Origin: Eledone cirrhosa
Lineage: Eukaryota
Reading direction: 5' to 3'
Length of the DNA stretch: 64,000 nt
NCBI GenBank assembly: GCA_964016885.1
Contig: OZ024764.1
Coordinates: 930,001-994,000 of the forward strand
Shown: positions 1 to 12,744 of the stretch, piece after piece
Numbering within the stretch: position 1 is the first letter of the stretch
Layout of the letters: every line of letters begins with the position of its first letter
Position numbers and translations under genes: made by a program
The notes under the pieces: generated by a model
Database searches by the model: none
The model's input: only the letters and a program-made list of their open reading frames with translations
What the model was told of the DNA's origin: nothing

Positions 1-351
1 AGTGATTTTTATGTGTGTAAAATAATATAAAAGCTGTCTTATATTAAAGGAAACAGGGTTTAATAGCCAAGATGTAGAGGTGTTAGTATATATCAGAGAA
101 AACTTGTAATTTAAGATACTTCTGGAGGACTGTAGTCGTTTAAAACACATTAAATATCAAAGATGTGTGATAAGTAAAACGTTTTTACCAAACATCTACA
201 TATAAATACAATTTCTATAATAAAAATGATTTAAAAGAGAAAGAAATTGGTAAAAAATTAGATGAGAAATTAATATACCGTAGAAAATGTGCAGGCTCCA
301 TTTTAGACAGCAACAGGGAGCTCAGAATTATCTCCCTTGAATAATGTTGTT

Positions 352-675
352 AAGACACTGTTGGTGTTTGGAACATAACTTAACAAAGGTTCTTACATAA
401 AACTATGATGGAAGGTTTTTAGATAAATATAAACACTTTAACCCTTTCATTACCATATTTCTAATGAAAGACACTGTTGGTGTTTGGAACATAACTTAAA
501 GGTTCTTACATAAAACTATGATGGAAGGTTTTTAGATAAATATAAACACTTTAACCCTTTCATTACCATATTTCTAATGAAAGACACTGTTGGTGTTTGG
601 AACATAACTTAACAAAGGTTCTTACATAAAATTATCATGGATGAAAGGTTTTTACATAAATATAAACACTTTAAC
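352..675 (+). repeat. 116-bp minisatellite, about 3 units
   Basis: Same unit as 5461-6458. Confidence 0.85.
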
Positions 676-827
676 GCACATACATATATGTATGTGGTTA
701 ATGGCTGAAAGGAAAGAGTACTCAATACTGAAGTAGAGTTTTAATATTCATTTATATTCAAGCTTAAAAGTGAGTCTTGAAACTCCAGAGTAACAAGACT
801 CACTTTTTAGCCTCCATATAAAGGAAT

Positions 828-859
<32 letters not shown>

Positions 860-921
860 ATATATATATATATATATTCATTTATATTCATATATATATA
901 TATATATATACATGTATATAT

Positions 922-2272
922 CTAGAGCGGATAAAATTCCCGAGATCCATGGATGAGTTCTCTCCAGCAGTCTCTGTCCCTTATCATCCTTGCCATGTCC
1001 TGCGTCTCCCAGAGACCAGTGTCTGTCTTTAGGGCATCAACATATGTCAACATCGGTCTCCCTCTTCTAGTGTGTCCATGTAGGGGCTCCCACAGGAGCA
1101 CTGAGTGCAGTGTCAACTCTGGATGTCGGTGAGCATGTCCAGCTAACCTCTGTCTCCCTCTTCCACTGTGTCCATGTAGGGGCTCCCACAGGAGCACTGA
1201 GTGCAGTGTCAACTCTGGATGTCGGTGAGCATGTCCAGCTAACCTCAGTCTCCCTCTTCCAGTGTGTCAATGCAGGGGCTCCCACAGGAACACTGAGTGC
1301 AGTGTCAACTCTGGATGTCGGTGAGCATGTCCAGCTAACCTCAGTCTCCCTCTTCCAGTGTGTCAATGCAGGGGCTCCCACAGGAACACTGAGTGCAGTG
1401 TCAACTCTGGATGTCGGTGAGCATGTCCAGCTAACCTCTGTCTCTCTCTTCCAGTGTGTCAATGCAGGGGCTCCCACAGGAGCACTGAGTGCAATGTCAA
1501 CTCTGGATGTCGGTGAGCATGTCCAGCTAACCTCTGTCTCCCTCTTCCACTGTGTCCATGTAGGGGCTCCCAAAGGAGCACTGAGTGCAATGTCAACTCT
1601 GGATGTTGGTGAGCATGTGCAGCTAATCTCTGTCTTCCTCTTCCAGTGTGTCCATGTAGGGGATCCCACAGGAGCACTGAGTGCAATGTCAACTCTGGAT
1701 GTCGGTGAGCATGTCCAGCTAACCTCTGTCTCCCTCTTCCACTGTGTCCATGTAGGGGCTCCCAAAGGAGCACTGAGTGCAATGTCAACTCTGGATGTTG
1801 GTGAGCATGTGCAGCTAATCTCTGTCTTCCTCTTCCAGTGTGTCCATGTAGGGGCTCCCACAGGACCACTGAGTGCAGTGTCAACTCTGGATGTCAGTGA
1901 GCATGTGCAGCTAACCTCTGTCTCCCTCTTCCAGTGTGTCAATGCAGGGGCCCCCACAGGACCACTGAGTGCAGTGTTAACTCTGGATGTCAGTGAGCAT
2001 GTGCAGCTAACCTCTGTCTCCCTCTTCCAGTGTGTCAATGCAGGGGCTCCCACAGGAACACTGAGTGTAGTGTCAACTCTGGATGTCAGTGAGCATGTCC
2101 AGCTAACCTCTGTCTCCCTCTTTTAGTGTGTCAATGCAGGGGCTCCCACAGGAGCACTGTCAACTCTGGATGTCAGTGAGCATGTCCAGCTAACCTCAAT
2201 CTCCTCTGTGTCACTTTCGAGTTGACTTTTGGGAGGCTCCCGTACAGCTCTGAGTTCTTCATCCTCAGTGTA
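922..2272 (-). mobile_element. RTE-like LINE 3' fragment with an internal 96-bp segment amplified about 11 times (1067-2200)
   Basis: Translates RLAGHAHRHPE...LLWEP.HG..RRGRP.LTYVD.L. An unamplified copy is at 51635-51886. Confidence 0.85.
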
Positions 2273-2282
2273 TACACACACA

Positions 2283-3870
2283 TTCTCTCTCTGTATTAAT
2301 AGAACCTACCCCAACTCTCTCTTTCTCTCTCTCTGTATTAATAGAACCTACCCAACTCTCTCTTTCTCTCTCTCTGTATTAATAGAACCTACCCAACTCT
2401 CTCTTTCTCTCTCTCTGTATTAATAGAACCAACCCCAACTCTCTCTTTCTCTCTCTCTGTATTAATAGAACCAACCCCAACTCTCTCTTTCTCTCTCTCT
2501 GTATTAATAGAACCAACCCCAACTCTCTCTTTCTCTCTCTGTATTAATAGAACCAACCCCAACTCTCTCTTTCTCTCTCTCTGTATTAATAGAACCAACC
2601 CCAACTCTCTCTTTCTCTCTCTCTGTATTAATAGAACCAACCACAACTCTCTCTTTCTCTCTCTCTGTATTAATAGAACCAACCCCAACTCTCTCTTTCT
2701 CTCTCTCTGTATTAATAGAACCAACCCCAACTCTCTCTTTCTCTCTCTCTGTATTAATAGAACCAACCCCAACTCTCTCTTTCTCTCTCTCTGTATTAAT
2801 AGAACCAACCCCAACTCTCTCTTTCTCTCTCTCTGTATTAATAGAACCAACCCCAACTCTCTCTTTCTCTCTCTCTGTATTAATAGAACCAACCCCAACT
2901 CTCTCTTTCTCTCTCTCTGTATTAATAGAACCTACCCCAACTCTCTCTTTCTCTCTCTGTATTAATAGAACCAACCCCAACTCTCTCTTTCTCTCTCTCT
3001 GTATTAATAGAACCAACCCCAACTCTCTCTTTCTCTCTCTCTGTATTAATAGAACCAACCCCAACTCTCTCTTTCTCTCTCTCTGTATTAATAGAACCTA
3101 CCCAACTCTCTCTTTCTCTCTCTGTATTAATAGAACCAACCCCAACTCTCTCTTTCTCTCTCTGTATTAATAGAACCAACCCCAACTCTCTCTTTCTCTC
3201 TCTCTGTATTAATAGAACCAACCCCAACTCTCTCTTTCTCTCTCTGTATTAATAGAACCAACCCCAACTCTCTCTTTCTCTCTCTCTGTATTAATAGAAC
3301 CAACCCCAACTCTCTCTTTCTCTCTCTGTATTAATAGAACCAACCCCAACTCTCTCTTTCTCTCTCTCTGTATTAATAGAACCAACCCCAACTCTCTCTT
3401 TCTCTCTCTGTATTAATAGAACCAACCCCAACTCTCTCTTTCTCTCTCTCTGTATTAATAGAACCAACCCCAACTCTCTCTTTCTCTCTCTGTATTAATA
3501 GAACCAACCCCAACTCTCTCTTTCTCTCTCTCTGTATTAATAGAACCAACCCCAACTCTCTCTTTCTCTCTCTGTATTAATAGAACCAACCCCAACTCTC
3601 TCTTTCTCTCTCTCTGTATTAATAGAACCAACCCCAACTCTCTCTTTCTCTCTCTCTGTATTAATAGAACCAACCCCAACTCTCTCTTTCTCTCTCTGTA
3701 TTAATAGAACCAACCCCAACTCTCTCTTTCTCTCTCTCTGTATTAATAGAACCAACCCCAACTCTCTCTTTCTCTCTCTCTGTATTAATAGAACCAACCC
3801 CAACTCTCTCTTTCTCTCTCTCTGTATTAATAGAACCAACCCCAACTCTCTCTTTCTCTCTCTCTCTCTC
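2283..3870 (+). repeat. 40-42-bp CT-rich minisatellite forming the polypyrimidine tract of the 3877 exon
   Basis: GTATTAATAGAACCAACCCCAA(CT)n repeated about 38 times. Confidence 0.95.
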
Positions 3871-3876
3871 TTACAG

Positions 3877-4021
3877 TAAGCTCCACTACCTCTTCCTCTC
3901 CAAATTACCTGAGATACGTCCCAACAAGCAGAAGGAATGTCTGGAACACCTGAGAAGAGAAATGCCACAATGTACCATCCACTACCCTGATGTCGAGCCA
4001 GAAGTAAAGGTCACAGATTAA
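3877..4021 (+). CDS. Terminal exon of a gene entering from the left (KLHYLFLSKLPEIRPNKQKECLEHLRREMPQCTIHYPDVEPEVKVTD*), probably ATP synthase subunit s / DMAC2L-like LRR protein
   Basis: Long (CT)n polypyrimidine tract plus TTACAG acceptor, open to TAA. L.YL.LS.LP resembles the ATP5S/factor B C-terminal LRR (from memory, not searched). Confidence 0.6.
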
Positions 4022-4440
4022 ACACTACACCACCACTTGCACACTACACCACTACACCGCTAGACCACCACTACACAACTACACCACTACACCACCACCA
4101 CTACTACACCACCTCACCACTACTTCACCACCACCACACCACTACTACACTACACCACCACCACTACACCACTACCACACTACACTACTACACCACCACC
4201 ACACCACTACTACACCCCCACCAAACCACTACCACCACCACCACACCACCACTACTACACCGCCACCACCACACCACCACTACCACACTACACCACCACC
4301 ACACCACTTACTAACCCCCCCACCACACCACTACCAGCACCACCTCACCACTACACCACACTACACCACCACCACACCACACCAATACCCTGATGTGGAA
4401 ACTAGAGGTAACTGGCCACATACTAACCACAACACCACTA
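4022..4440 (+). repeat. CAC/CACTA low-complexity tract (putative 3' UTR)
   Basis: Composition. Confidence 0.8.
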
Positions 4441-4639
4441 ATTGATGGTGTTAAAGATACTTGAGATGATGATGATGATGATGATGATGATGAAAGTGTT
4501 GGTGGTGGTGGTGGTGGTGGTGGTGGTGGTGGTATTTCTAATGTTTTTTTTTATATTTTGATTAAATATTTAAATAAATGAAAATATTTATTAACAAGAT
4601 TGTTTTTCTTCTTCATTAATATTAACTTGAACTGGTTGA

Positions 4640-5465
4640 TGGTGGAACAACAAGGTAGATGAGGCAGTTAAGGCCAAGAGACAGGGGTTGGCACAAGAAG
4701 TGAAGAAGGCTTCAGGCTTCTGGAATTCTACGACGCCAATGACATGTCGATATGTAACACATACTTCAAAGACCCGACAACCACCTGATCACCTATAGAT
4801 CAGGGGAGCATTCTAGTCAGATAGATTTTATCCTCATCAGAAGGCGTGACAGATGGACGGTCGTAAACACAAAAGCCTTCCCTGGTGAGGAATGTACCTC
4901 CCAACATAACTTAGTTGTCAGCGACCTCACAGTCAGAACTAGACGAACTTGGAAACAGAAGGCAACCTGGAAAAGACAGATCTGGAAGCTGAAAGACCCC
5001 TCAGCCAGTAACAGATTTAAAGATATTCTACTCAACGCCTACGACAGTAAAGAAGAACAGATAGTGACATTCAATGTAGAAGAGCACTGGGGGTTCCTAA
5101 AAAATAACTTACTAAAGGTAACGGACGAGATCTGGGGTTGGAGTAAGACCACAGGCAGGAGGAGAGTGACTTGGTGGTGGAACAATAAGGTAGATGAAGC
5201 AATTAAGGCCAAGAAGCAGGCATGGAAAGAATGGGGAAAGCAGGGTACATTAGATAGAGACCAGGAGGGAAGCTAGGCGACAAGTGTACTTAGCTAGAAA
5301 GGAAGCAGAGGATAAAAAATTCAAGCATGTTTTGCAGCGTGAGGACCAGAAACAGGAGGTGTGCAGGATTGCGAGGCAGTGTGTCAGAGAAAATTGTGAT
5401 GTCATTGGAGAGAAGTGTATCTGGAATGATAAAGGTGAGCTTGCCCTCACAAGTGCCGAGAAGGT
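4640..5465 (+). mobile_element. RTE LINE fragment (endonuclease C-terminus and linker), degenerate
   Basis: SQIDFIL...VV.D and TWWWNNKV..A.K.KK motifs. Homologous to about 30350-31130 and 40255-41196. Confidence 0.85.
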
Positions 5466-6503
5466 TCTTACATAAAAGGTTCTTACATAAAATTATGATG
5501 GAAGGTCTTTAGATAAATATAAACACTTTAACCCTTTCATTACCATATTTCTAATGGAAGACACTGTTGGTGTTTGGAACATAACTTAACAAAGGTTCTT
5601 ACATAAAATTATGATGGAAGGTTTTTAGATAAATATAAACACTTTAACCCTTTCATTACCATATTTCTAATGAAAGACACTGTTGGTGTTTGGAACATAA
5701 CTTAACAAAGGTTCTTACATAAAATTATGATGGAAGGTTTTTAGATAAATATAAACACTTTAACCCTTTCATTACCATATTTCTAATGAAAGACACTGTT
5801 GGTGTTTGGAACATAACTTAACAAAGGTTCTTACATAAAATTATGATGGAAGGTTTTTAGATAAATATAAACACTTTAACCCTTTCATTACCATATTTCT
5901 AATGAAAGACACTGTTGGTGTTTGGAACATAACTTAACAAAGGTTCTTACATAAAATTATCATGGAAGGTTTTTAGATAAATATAAACACTTTAACCCTT
6001 TCATTACCATATTTCTAATGGAAGACACTGTTGGTGTTTGGAACATAACTTAACAAAGGTTCTTACATAAAATTATCATGGAAGGTTTTTAGATAAATAT
6101 AAACACTTTAACCCTTTCATCACCATATTTCTAATGAAAGACACTGTTGGTGTTTGGAACATAACTTAACAAAGGTTCTTACATAAAATTATCATGGAAG
6201 GTTTTTAGATAAATATAAACACTTTAACCCTTTCATTACCATATTTCTAATGAAAGACACTGTTGGTGTTTGGAACATAACTTAACAAAGGTTCTTACAT
6301 AAAACTATGATGGAAGGTTTTTAGATAAATATAACCACTTTAACCCTTTCATTACCATATTTCTAATGAAAGACACTGTTGGTGTTTGGAACATAACTTA
6401 ACAAAGGTTTTTACATAAAATTATGATGGAAGGTTTTTAGTTAAATATAAACACTTTAGAGCAACCAGCTGGCCTCAAGTTGTGTTGGTATGAAAAGGTT
6501 TAA
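5461..6503 (+). repeat. 116-bp minisatellite (about 8.5 units) ending in a TTAA-type terminal inverted repeat
   Basis: Unit contains TTAACCCTTTCATTACC; the array ends GGTATGAAAAGGTTTAA, its near reverse complement. Confidence 0.85.
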
Positions 6504-6639
6504 AAGACAGAATATAGCAATAACACATAATTTCTGCTGAGTTTTATTAGCTGCCATGTTAAATAATATTGTACAAAATCAGATATTCAGTCCATGAGGT
6601 ATTTGAAATATTTCATGTGTGTATATATATATATCTAAG

Positions 6640-6903
6640 TCTAAAGTCTGTCTTAAGCCAGAAGGCTCATTTGAACGGTGGTTTCATGGTGTGAAGTGAC
6701 TGAGAGTACAAGACTCCCTCCTGGACAGGACACCAGTCCATCACAGGTTTAAACCTCCAGCTATTACTGGTACTTATTTTCAGCTGAGTATACTGGAGCA
6801 ACGTGAAATGAAGTGTTTTGCTCAAGAACACAACACACAACCCAGGAAGGAAACCCACGACATTATGATCGTAAGTCCAACAGCCTTACCACTAGGCCAC
6901 ATG
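6640..6903 (-). mobile_element. tRNA-derived SINE
   Basis: Minus-strand A box TGGCCTAGTGG and TTGAGCAAAACACTT core; second copy at 46056-46330. Confidence 0.8.
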
Positions 6904-6947
6904 CTTTCATGTATATATATGTGTGTGTATATATATATATATATATA

Positions 6948-8398
6948 GTAATAATAATAAAATTGAAGACTAAAATCGAAAGAGGGCTCGATAAGGATAA
7001 ATATATATCAAATATATAACAACCGTAGAGCAAATATTTATTAAAATAACAGATTAAAGTTTAAGCAAAGAATCGCTGCTTTCACCCTTAACTGGATCTT
7101 CTGAAACTAACAAAGTCAATCTGTAAACGCAGAAGTGGATATTTTAAAAAACGTTGCAACCGGAGGAAGACAGGAAGACGATACTTTGGTTCGTGGAAAC
7201 GTTCCCTGGCAAAGAACAGGAAAAAACGAATATAATACGTCATTAATTGGAGCGGTGAAAAACAATTACATGCAAAGACAGAACCACGTTGTAGACTAAT
7301 GTTCTCTTAGGTGGTTCATAGAGACGTTCTCTGACAATGAACAGAAAAAACGAAGATAATACGTCATATGTGGAGCGTGGAGAACAATTGCACGCAAAGA
7401 CAAAACCACGTAAATGGTACAACTGAAGTCGTAGACTAAAATTCTAACTAGGAAACCGAATGATTCTCGGCTTCAGAGTTAAGAACAAAGTAAATAAATA
7501 CAATACAGAGGTAATTGAAATTAAATAAATACATACACGCATCCAAATACGTACATACACAAGCATATGCGAAAACACTCGCCATAGGTATACAAAACCA
7601 CGCATATATAAATATGTGTGTGTGCGCATGTATACAAATAAATAAGTAATAAATAAACGTATATAAATAAATAAATACGTATATAACAAGCGCACACACA
7701 TACCTACATGTAAATACATAAATGTTCTGAGACGTAAGTCAACCAAAACATGAAGTACACATATACACACACCCTACCTACGTACGAACCCGCATACTCA
7801 CACAGACGCAAAACTCCCGTATACACATAATCAAAAGCATATGTACCAGAATATATAAAAATATACGCCATAACATATACAATCAAATATACGTACGAGA
7901 AGGTATACGTACCTTCACAAAACATACATTTTATTTACTTTATTCTTAACTCTGAAGTGGAGAATCATTCGGTTTCCTAATTAGAATTTTAGTCTACGAC
8001 TTCAGTTATACCATTTACGTGTTTTGTCTTTGCGTGCAATTGTTCTCCCCGCTCCACATATGACGTATTATCTTTGTTTTTTCTGTTCATTGCCAGAGAA
8101 CGTCTCCATGAACCACCTAAGAGAACATTAGTCTACGACCTCTTTTATACCATAAACGTGGTTCTGTCTTTGCGTGTAATTGTTTTTCACCGTTCCAATT
8201 AATGACGTATTATATTCGTTTTTTCCCGTTCTTTGCCAGAGAACGTTTCCACGAACCAAAGTATCGTCTTCCTGTCTTCCTCTGGTTGCAACGTTTTTTG
8301 AAATATCCAGCTCTGCGTTTACAGATTGACTTTGTTAGTTTCAGAAGATCCCATTAAGGGTGAAAGCAGCGATTCTTTGCTTAAACTTTAATCTGCTA

Positions 8399-8406
<8 letters not shown>
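6948..8406. mobile_element. Fold-back element: about 460-bp inverted arms (7039-7498 and 7930-8406), about 430-bp spacer, extra tail on the left arm
   Basis: Arms are reverse complements and (TA)n flanks both sides. Degenerate hammerhead-like CAGAAGA-TCCC/GGGT-GAAA. Same family as 49711-49938. Confidence 0.75.
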
Positions 8407-8443
<37 letters not shown>

Positions 8444-9045
8444 ATGTAAGTATATTATATATATATATATAATATATGTATATCATATATATAAAAGTAT
8501 ATTATATGTGTGTGCATATATATATATATATAAATGTTATATATATTTTTATATATATATATAGATAGATATTTTATATATATATATATACACACACACA
8601 CATATATATATGTTATATATATATATATATATATGTGTGTGTTATATATGTACATAAATGTTATATATATATATATATGTGTGTGTTATATATGTACATA
8701 AATGTTATATATATACACACATATATATGCATATATATATCATCATCATCATCATTTCCATTTACCATCAATTCTTCCATACTAGCATGGGTTGTACAGG
8801 TTGGCCATGCCAGGAAGCAAATCTGGCCAGAATTGGCCATGTCACACTTTGCTCCAGCAAGGACTGTAAATTTGGCTGGGTATTCTACAGCTGGATGCCC
8901 TTCCTAACACCAACAATATTTACAGCTCCCTCCTCATGACAGAGCCATCCAGTCCCATACTGTAAATGTGGTTGGTGTTAGGAAGGGTGAAAATTGACGC
9001 TAAATAGAAATGATGATATATATATATATATATACATTTTTTTTT

Positions 9046-9092
<47 letters not shown>

Positions 9093-9100
9093 TTTTTTTT

Positions 9101-9151
<51 letters not shown>

Positions 9152-9232
9152 TTTTTTTTTGCATATATATATATATATATATAAAATAAAGTTAAATAAA
9201 AGTCAAATGATTAAAATTTAGCTTCGTTTATT

Positions 9233-9287
9233 ACTGCTATATATATTTCAGTGACAGCCATCTTTGGCTGTGACCTCTTCAGGCAGT
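9233..9287 (-). ncRNA. Type I hammerhead motif (inverted copy of 9799-9853)
   Basis: Reverse complement of the plus-strand motif. Confidence 0.85.
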
Positions 9288-9798
9288 TTGAATTAGTGTG
9301 ATATAGACAAGTACATATGTTGTTGAGGTGTATAATATTGTCAATACTCTGATATGCCCAGTTCCTGGTTGGGTTGTTATTTCACTGAGGAATATATGAC
9401 TCCAGTTCCTCAGTGAAATAACAACCCAACAAGGAACTGGATATGTCGGAGTATTGACGGAGTAAAACACTTTAACAACATATGTACCTGTCTCTACCAC
9501 ACCAATTCTAACTGCCTGAAGAGGTCACAGCCATCTTTGGCTGTGACCTCTTCAGGCAGTTTGAATTAGTGTGGTATAGACAAGTACATATGTTGTTGAG
9601 GTGTATAATATTGTCAATACTCTGATATGCCCAGTTCCTTGTTGGGTTGTTATTTCACTGAGGAACTGGGATATGACTGGGATATGACTCCAGTTCCTCA
9701 GTGAAATAACAACCCAACAAGGAACTGGGCATATCAGAGTATTGACAATATTATACACCTCAACAACATATGTACTTGTCTCTACCACACTAATTCAA

Positions 9799-9853
9799 AC
9801 TGCCTGAAGAGGTCACAGCCAAAGATGGCTGTCACTGAAATATATATAGCAGT
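9799..9853 (+). ncRNA. Type I hammerhead ribozyme motif
   Basis: Stem I ACTGC/GCAGT; CTGAAGA; stem II GGTCACAGCC/GGCTGTCACT; GAAA; palindromic stem III ATATATAT; AUA triplet. Confidence 0.85.
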
Positions 9854-9994
9854 AATAAACGAAGCTAAATTTTAAATATTTGACTTTTATTTAACTTTAT
9901 TTTACACTACTCCGGAGTAACCAAACCAACCTGCGCACTTCGTCGAGTGCTCCAGCCGGCATACTGAGGTGTTGGTACACAACCAACATAAACT

Positions 9995-10050
<56 letters not shown>

Positions 10051-10090
10051 GATATTAATAAATGGAAACTATATTTATAAAACCATATTT

Positions 10091-10153
10091 ATTTCATTAT
10101 ACATATTTCAAGGACACCAAGTTAAATTATGGTGAGCTTTCATCAGATAAAAT
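10091..10153 (-). ncRNA. Type I hammerhead motif (inverted copy of 10504-10566)
   Basis: Near-identical reverse complement. Confidence 0.75.
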
Positions 10154-10158
10154 ATAAT

Positions 10159-10344
10159 TGTTTCTACTTTAGGCACAAGGCCAGCAACTACCCAGTGCAT
10201 TACTGGTACTTTATTTTATCGACCCTGTAAGGATGAAAGGCAAAGTCAACCTCGGCGGGATTTGAACTCAGACCATAAAGGGACGTAACTATGCCGGAAA
10301 GCATGGCGTCCGACCCTCTACCGATACTGCCAATCCACCGCCCT
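10159..10344 (-). mobile_element. tRNA-derived SINE with a 17-bp TSD (ATCAGATAAAATATAAT at 10142-10158 and 10345-10361)
   Basis: A box and B box (GAGTTCAAATCC), GCCTTTCATCC...GGTCGATAAAAT central domain, exact TSD. Confidence 0.9.
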
Positions 10345-10503
10345 ATCAGATAAAATATAATATAGAGCAGTTTTATAAATAAATATTGACATACCCTTAA
10401 AGAATGCAACCATTACTGTTGGAAGCTCCCGGATAGTCTAACAGTAATGGTCGCATTCTTTAAGGGTATGTCAATATTTATTTATAAAACTGCTCTATAT
10501 TAT

Positions 10504-10566
10504 ATTTTATCTGATGAAAGCACACCATAATTTAACTTGGTGTCCTTGAAATATGTATAATGAAAT
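10504..10566 (+). ncRNA. Type I hammerhead motif
   Basis: Stem I ATTTTAT/ATGAAAT; CTGATGA; stem II AAG-C-ACACCA/TGGTGT-C-CTT; GAAA-TATGTA-TA. Confidence 0.8.
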
Positions 10567-10774
10567 AAATATGGTTTTATAAATATAGTTTCCATTTGGT
10601 AATATTGTATTTTTACTCCAATTATTTGTTGAGTGCTTTATATCAGTTATAAAAATATTTGCTTGTTGTACCCCCAACAATTGAAATAGAACTTTTACAT
10701 ATATATATATATATATATATGTTAGAAGTATATATATACACTGCCATTTGAGAATTAGGGAGAAAATCTTGCAG

Positions 10775-11155
10775 TACATATTTCACAAAACTCTCGAAGT
10801 GCACATATTTCATAAAATCTTATAGCTGCAAACATTTCACAAATTTTTTAGCTGTAAGTATTTCATAAAATCTAGCTGCCAACATTTCATAAAATCTTCT
10901 AGCTGCTCATATTTCACCATTTTTTTTTTTTTGTTTTTTTTTAAAGCTGCAAACACTTCTTAAAGTCTTCTAGCTGCCAACATTTCATAAAATCTTCTAG
11001 CTGCTCATATTTCACCATTTTTTTTTTTTTGTTTTTTTTAAAGCTGCAAACACTTCTTAAAGTCTTCTAGCTGCCAACATTTCATAAAATCTTCTAGCTG
11101 CTCATATTTCACAATTTTTTTAGCTGCCAATATGTCATAATATTTTAGCTGCCAT
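10775..11155 (+). repeat. Degenerate tandem repeat of about 30 bp (CATTTCATAAAATCTTCTAGCTG)
   Basis: Visible periodicity with a higher-order duplication. Confidence 0.7.
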
Positions 11156-12037
11156 ATTGATTGGGCTACTTCAAAATATGTCTATACTAACTGTTCATTG
11201 CTATGTGTGTGTGTGTGTGCATGTGTGTGTTTAGGTGTGTATGTATGTACATATGTATGTACGTATGTATTTATGTATGTATATATATATATGAGTGTGT
11301 GTATGTATTTATGCATGTATGTATATATGTATGTATGTAGGTATGTCAGGTCACCAGTTGGTTGGTGCTACTGGTAACATGTATCCCAGTACAACCTGTC
11401 CCATGGTCGGGTCATTGGCGACTAAACAGGCAACCCCACCAAGGTTTCTTGGTGAGGAGGGTGACTTTGGACATCCTGCAGGACTAAAAACAAAACCTGT
11501 CAAAGGGCAAAAGAGCTCTTAAGAGTCAATGGCCATCCAAAATCACCGGGAGAGATGACCCCTTAGCCTTTGTCACCGAGAGAGATGACCCCTTAGCCTT
11601 TGTCAAGGCAGAATTCTAGGAGAAGGAAAACTCTGATATAACACCTGCAACCCTGATGGTATCCAATGATGTTGACTTGTTCTTCTTTTTGGTAAATATC
11701 ATCTTGGTTAAGAGAGTGGGACTGGCTTTGTGCAGTGCCTTTGCTCACTATAAAAGCTTCATGGCACAGGCATTGCTTTCTATCTGGAGATCTCTCTGCA
11801 CTTGTCGTCACATGGTACCATGGGCCCAGCACTATGTGTCAATAATGGTCACAAGTGTAGTGTTTGTACCAGAGTTTTCAAGTCGCTGGCTGGACTAAAA
11901 AGTCACAATCGTTCATCGCATCGGTAGGGGTTCTCCTACATGGATATAAAGTAGTGGCCGTACTCGAAAACGAGTTGGCAGCCACCATATATGTATGTAT
12001 GTGTCTATGTATATATATATATATGTATGTGTCTATG

Positions 12038-12102
<65 letters not shown>

Positions 12103-12149
12103 GTGTGTATGTATATATATATATATATAGATATATATATGTATGTATG

Positions 12150-12180
<31 letters not shown>

Positions 12181-12377
12181 ATGTATATATATATATATAT
12201 GTATGTATGTGTGTATGTATATATATGTGTATGTGTGTATGTATGTATATATGTATGTATGTATATATATATATATATATATGTGTGTATGTATATATAT
12301 ATATGTATGTGTGTATGTATATATTTATGTATGTGTGTATGTATGTATATATGTATGTATGAATATATGTATGTATG

Positions 12378-12408
<31 letters not shown>

Positions 12409-12744
12409 GTATATATATGTGTATGTGTGTATGTATGTATATATATATGTATGTGTGTATGTATGTATATATATTTGTGCATCGTGGGTAGCCATGATGA
12501 GGGACCTGAAAATAAAAATCAATACAAAATTCAGATATACATAATATATATAGAGTAGTGATAATGAGGGTATCTAGTGAAAGGAAGCATGTTAAAATAC
12601 ACCCAGTACACTCTGTAAAGTGGTAGTGTTGATGTCATGATTTACACCCAGTACACTCTGTAAAGTGGTAGTGCTGGTGTCATGATCTACACCCAGTACA
12701 CTCTGTAAAGTGGTAGTGTTGGTGTCATCATAAAATATCACTCA

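Larger units (their letters stand above)
9183..10000. mobile_element. Four-armed zig-zag fold-back element with hammerheads
   Basis: Orientation flips at about 9395, 9533 and 9680. Embedded in (TA)n. Confidence 0.8.
10048..10697. mobile_element. Fold-back hammerhead element interrupted by a SINE
   Basis: Inverted arms centred about 10430; (TA)n flanks. Confidence 0.8.

Noticed and set aside
1067-3870. CRISPR-like regular repeats and 300-aa ORFs
   Set aside because: No unique spacers and no cas genes; eukaryotic tandem repeats.
11987-12480. YI/YV-rich ORFs (also about 8400-9200, 46500-47050 and 52950-53450)
   Set aside because: (TA)n/(TG)n microsatellite translations.
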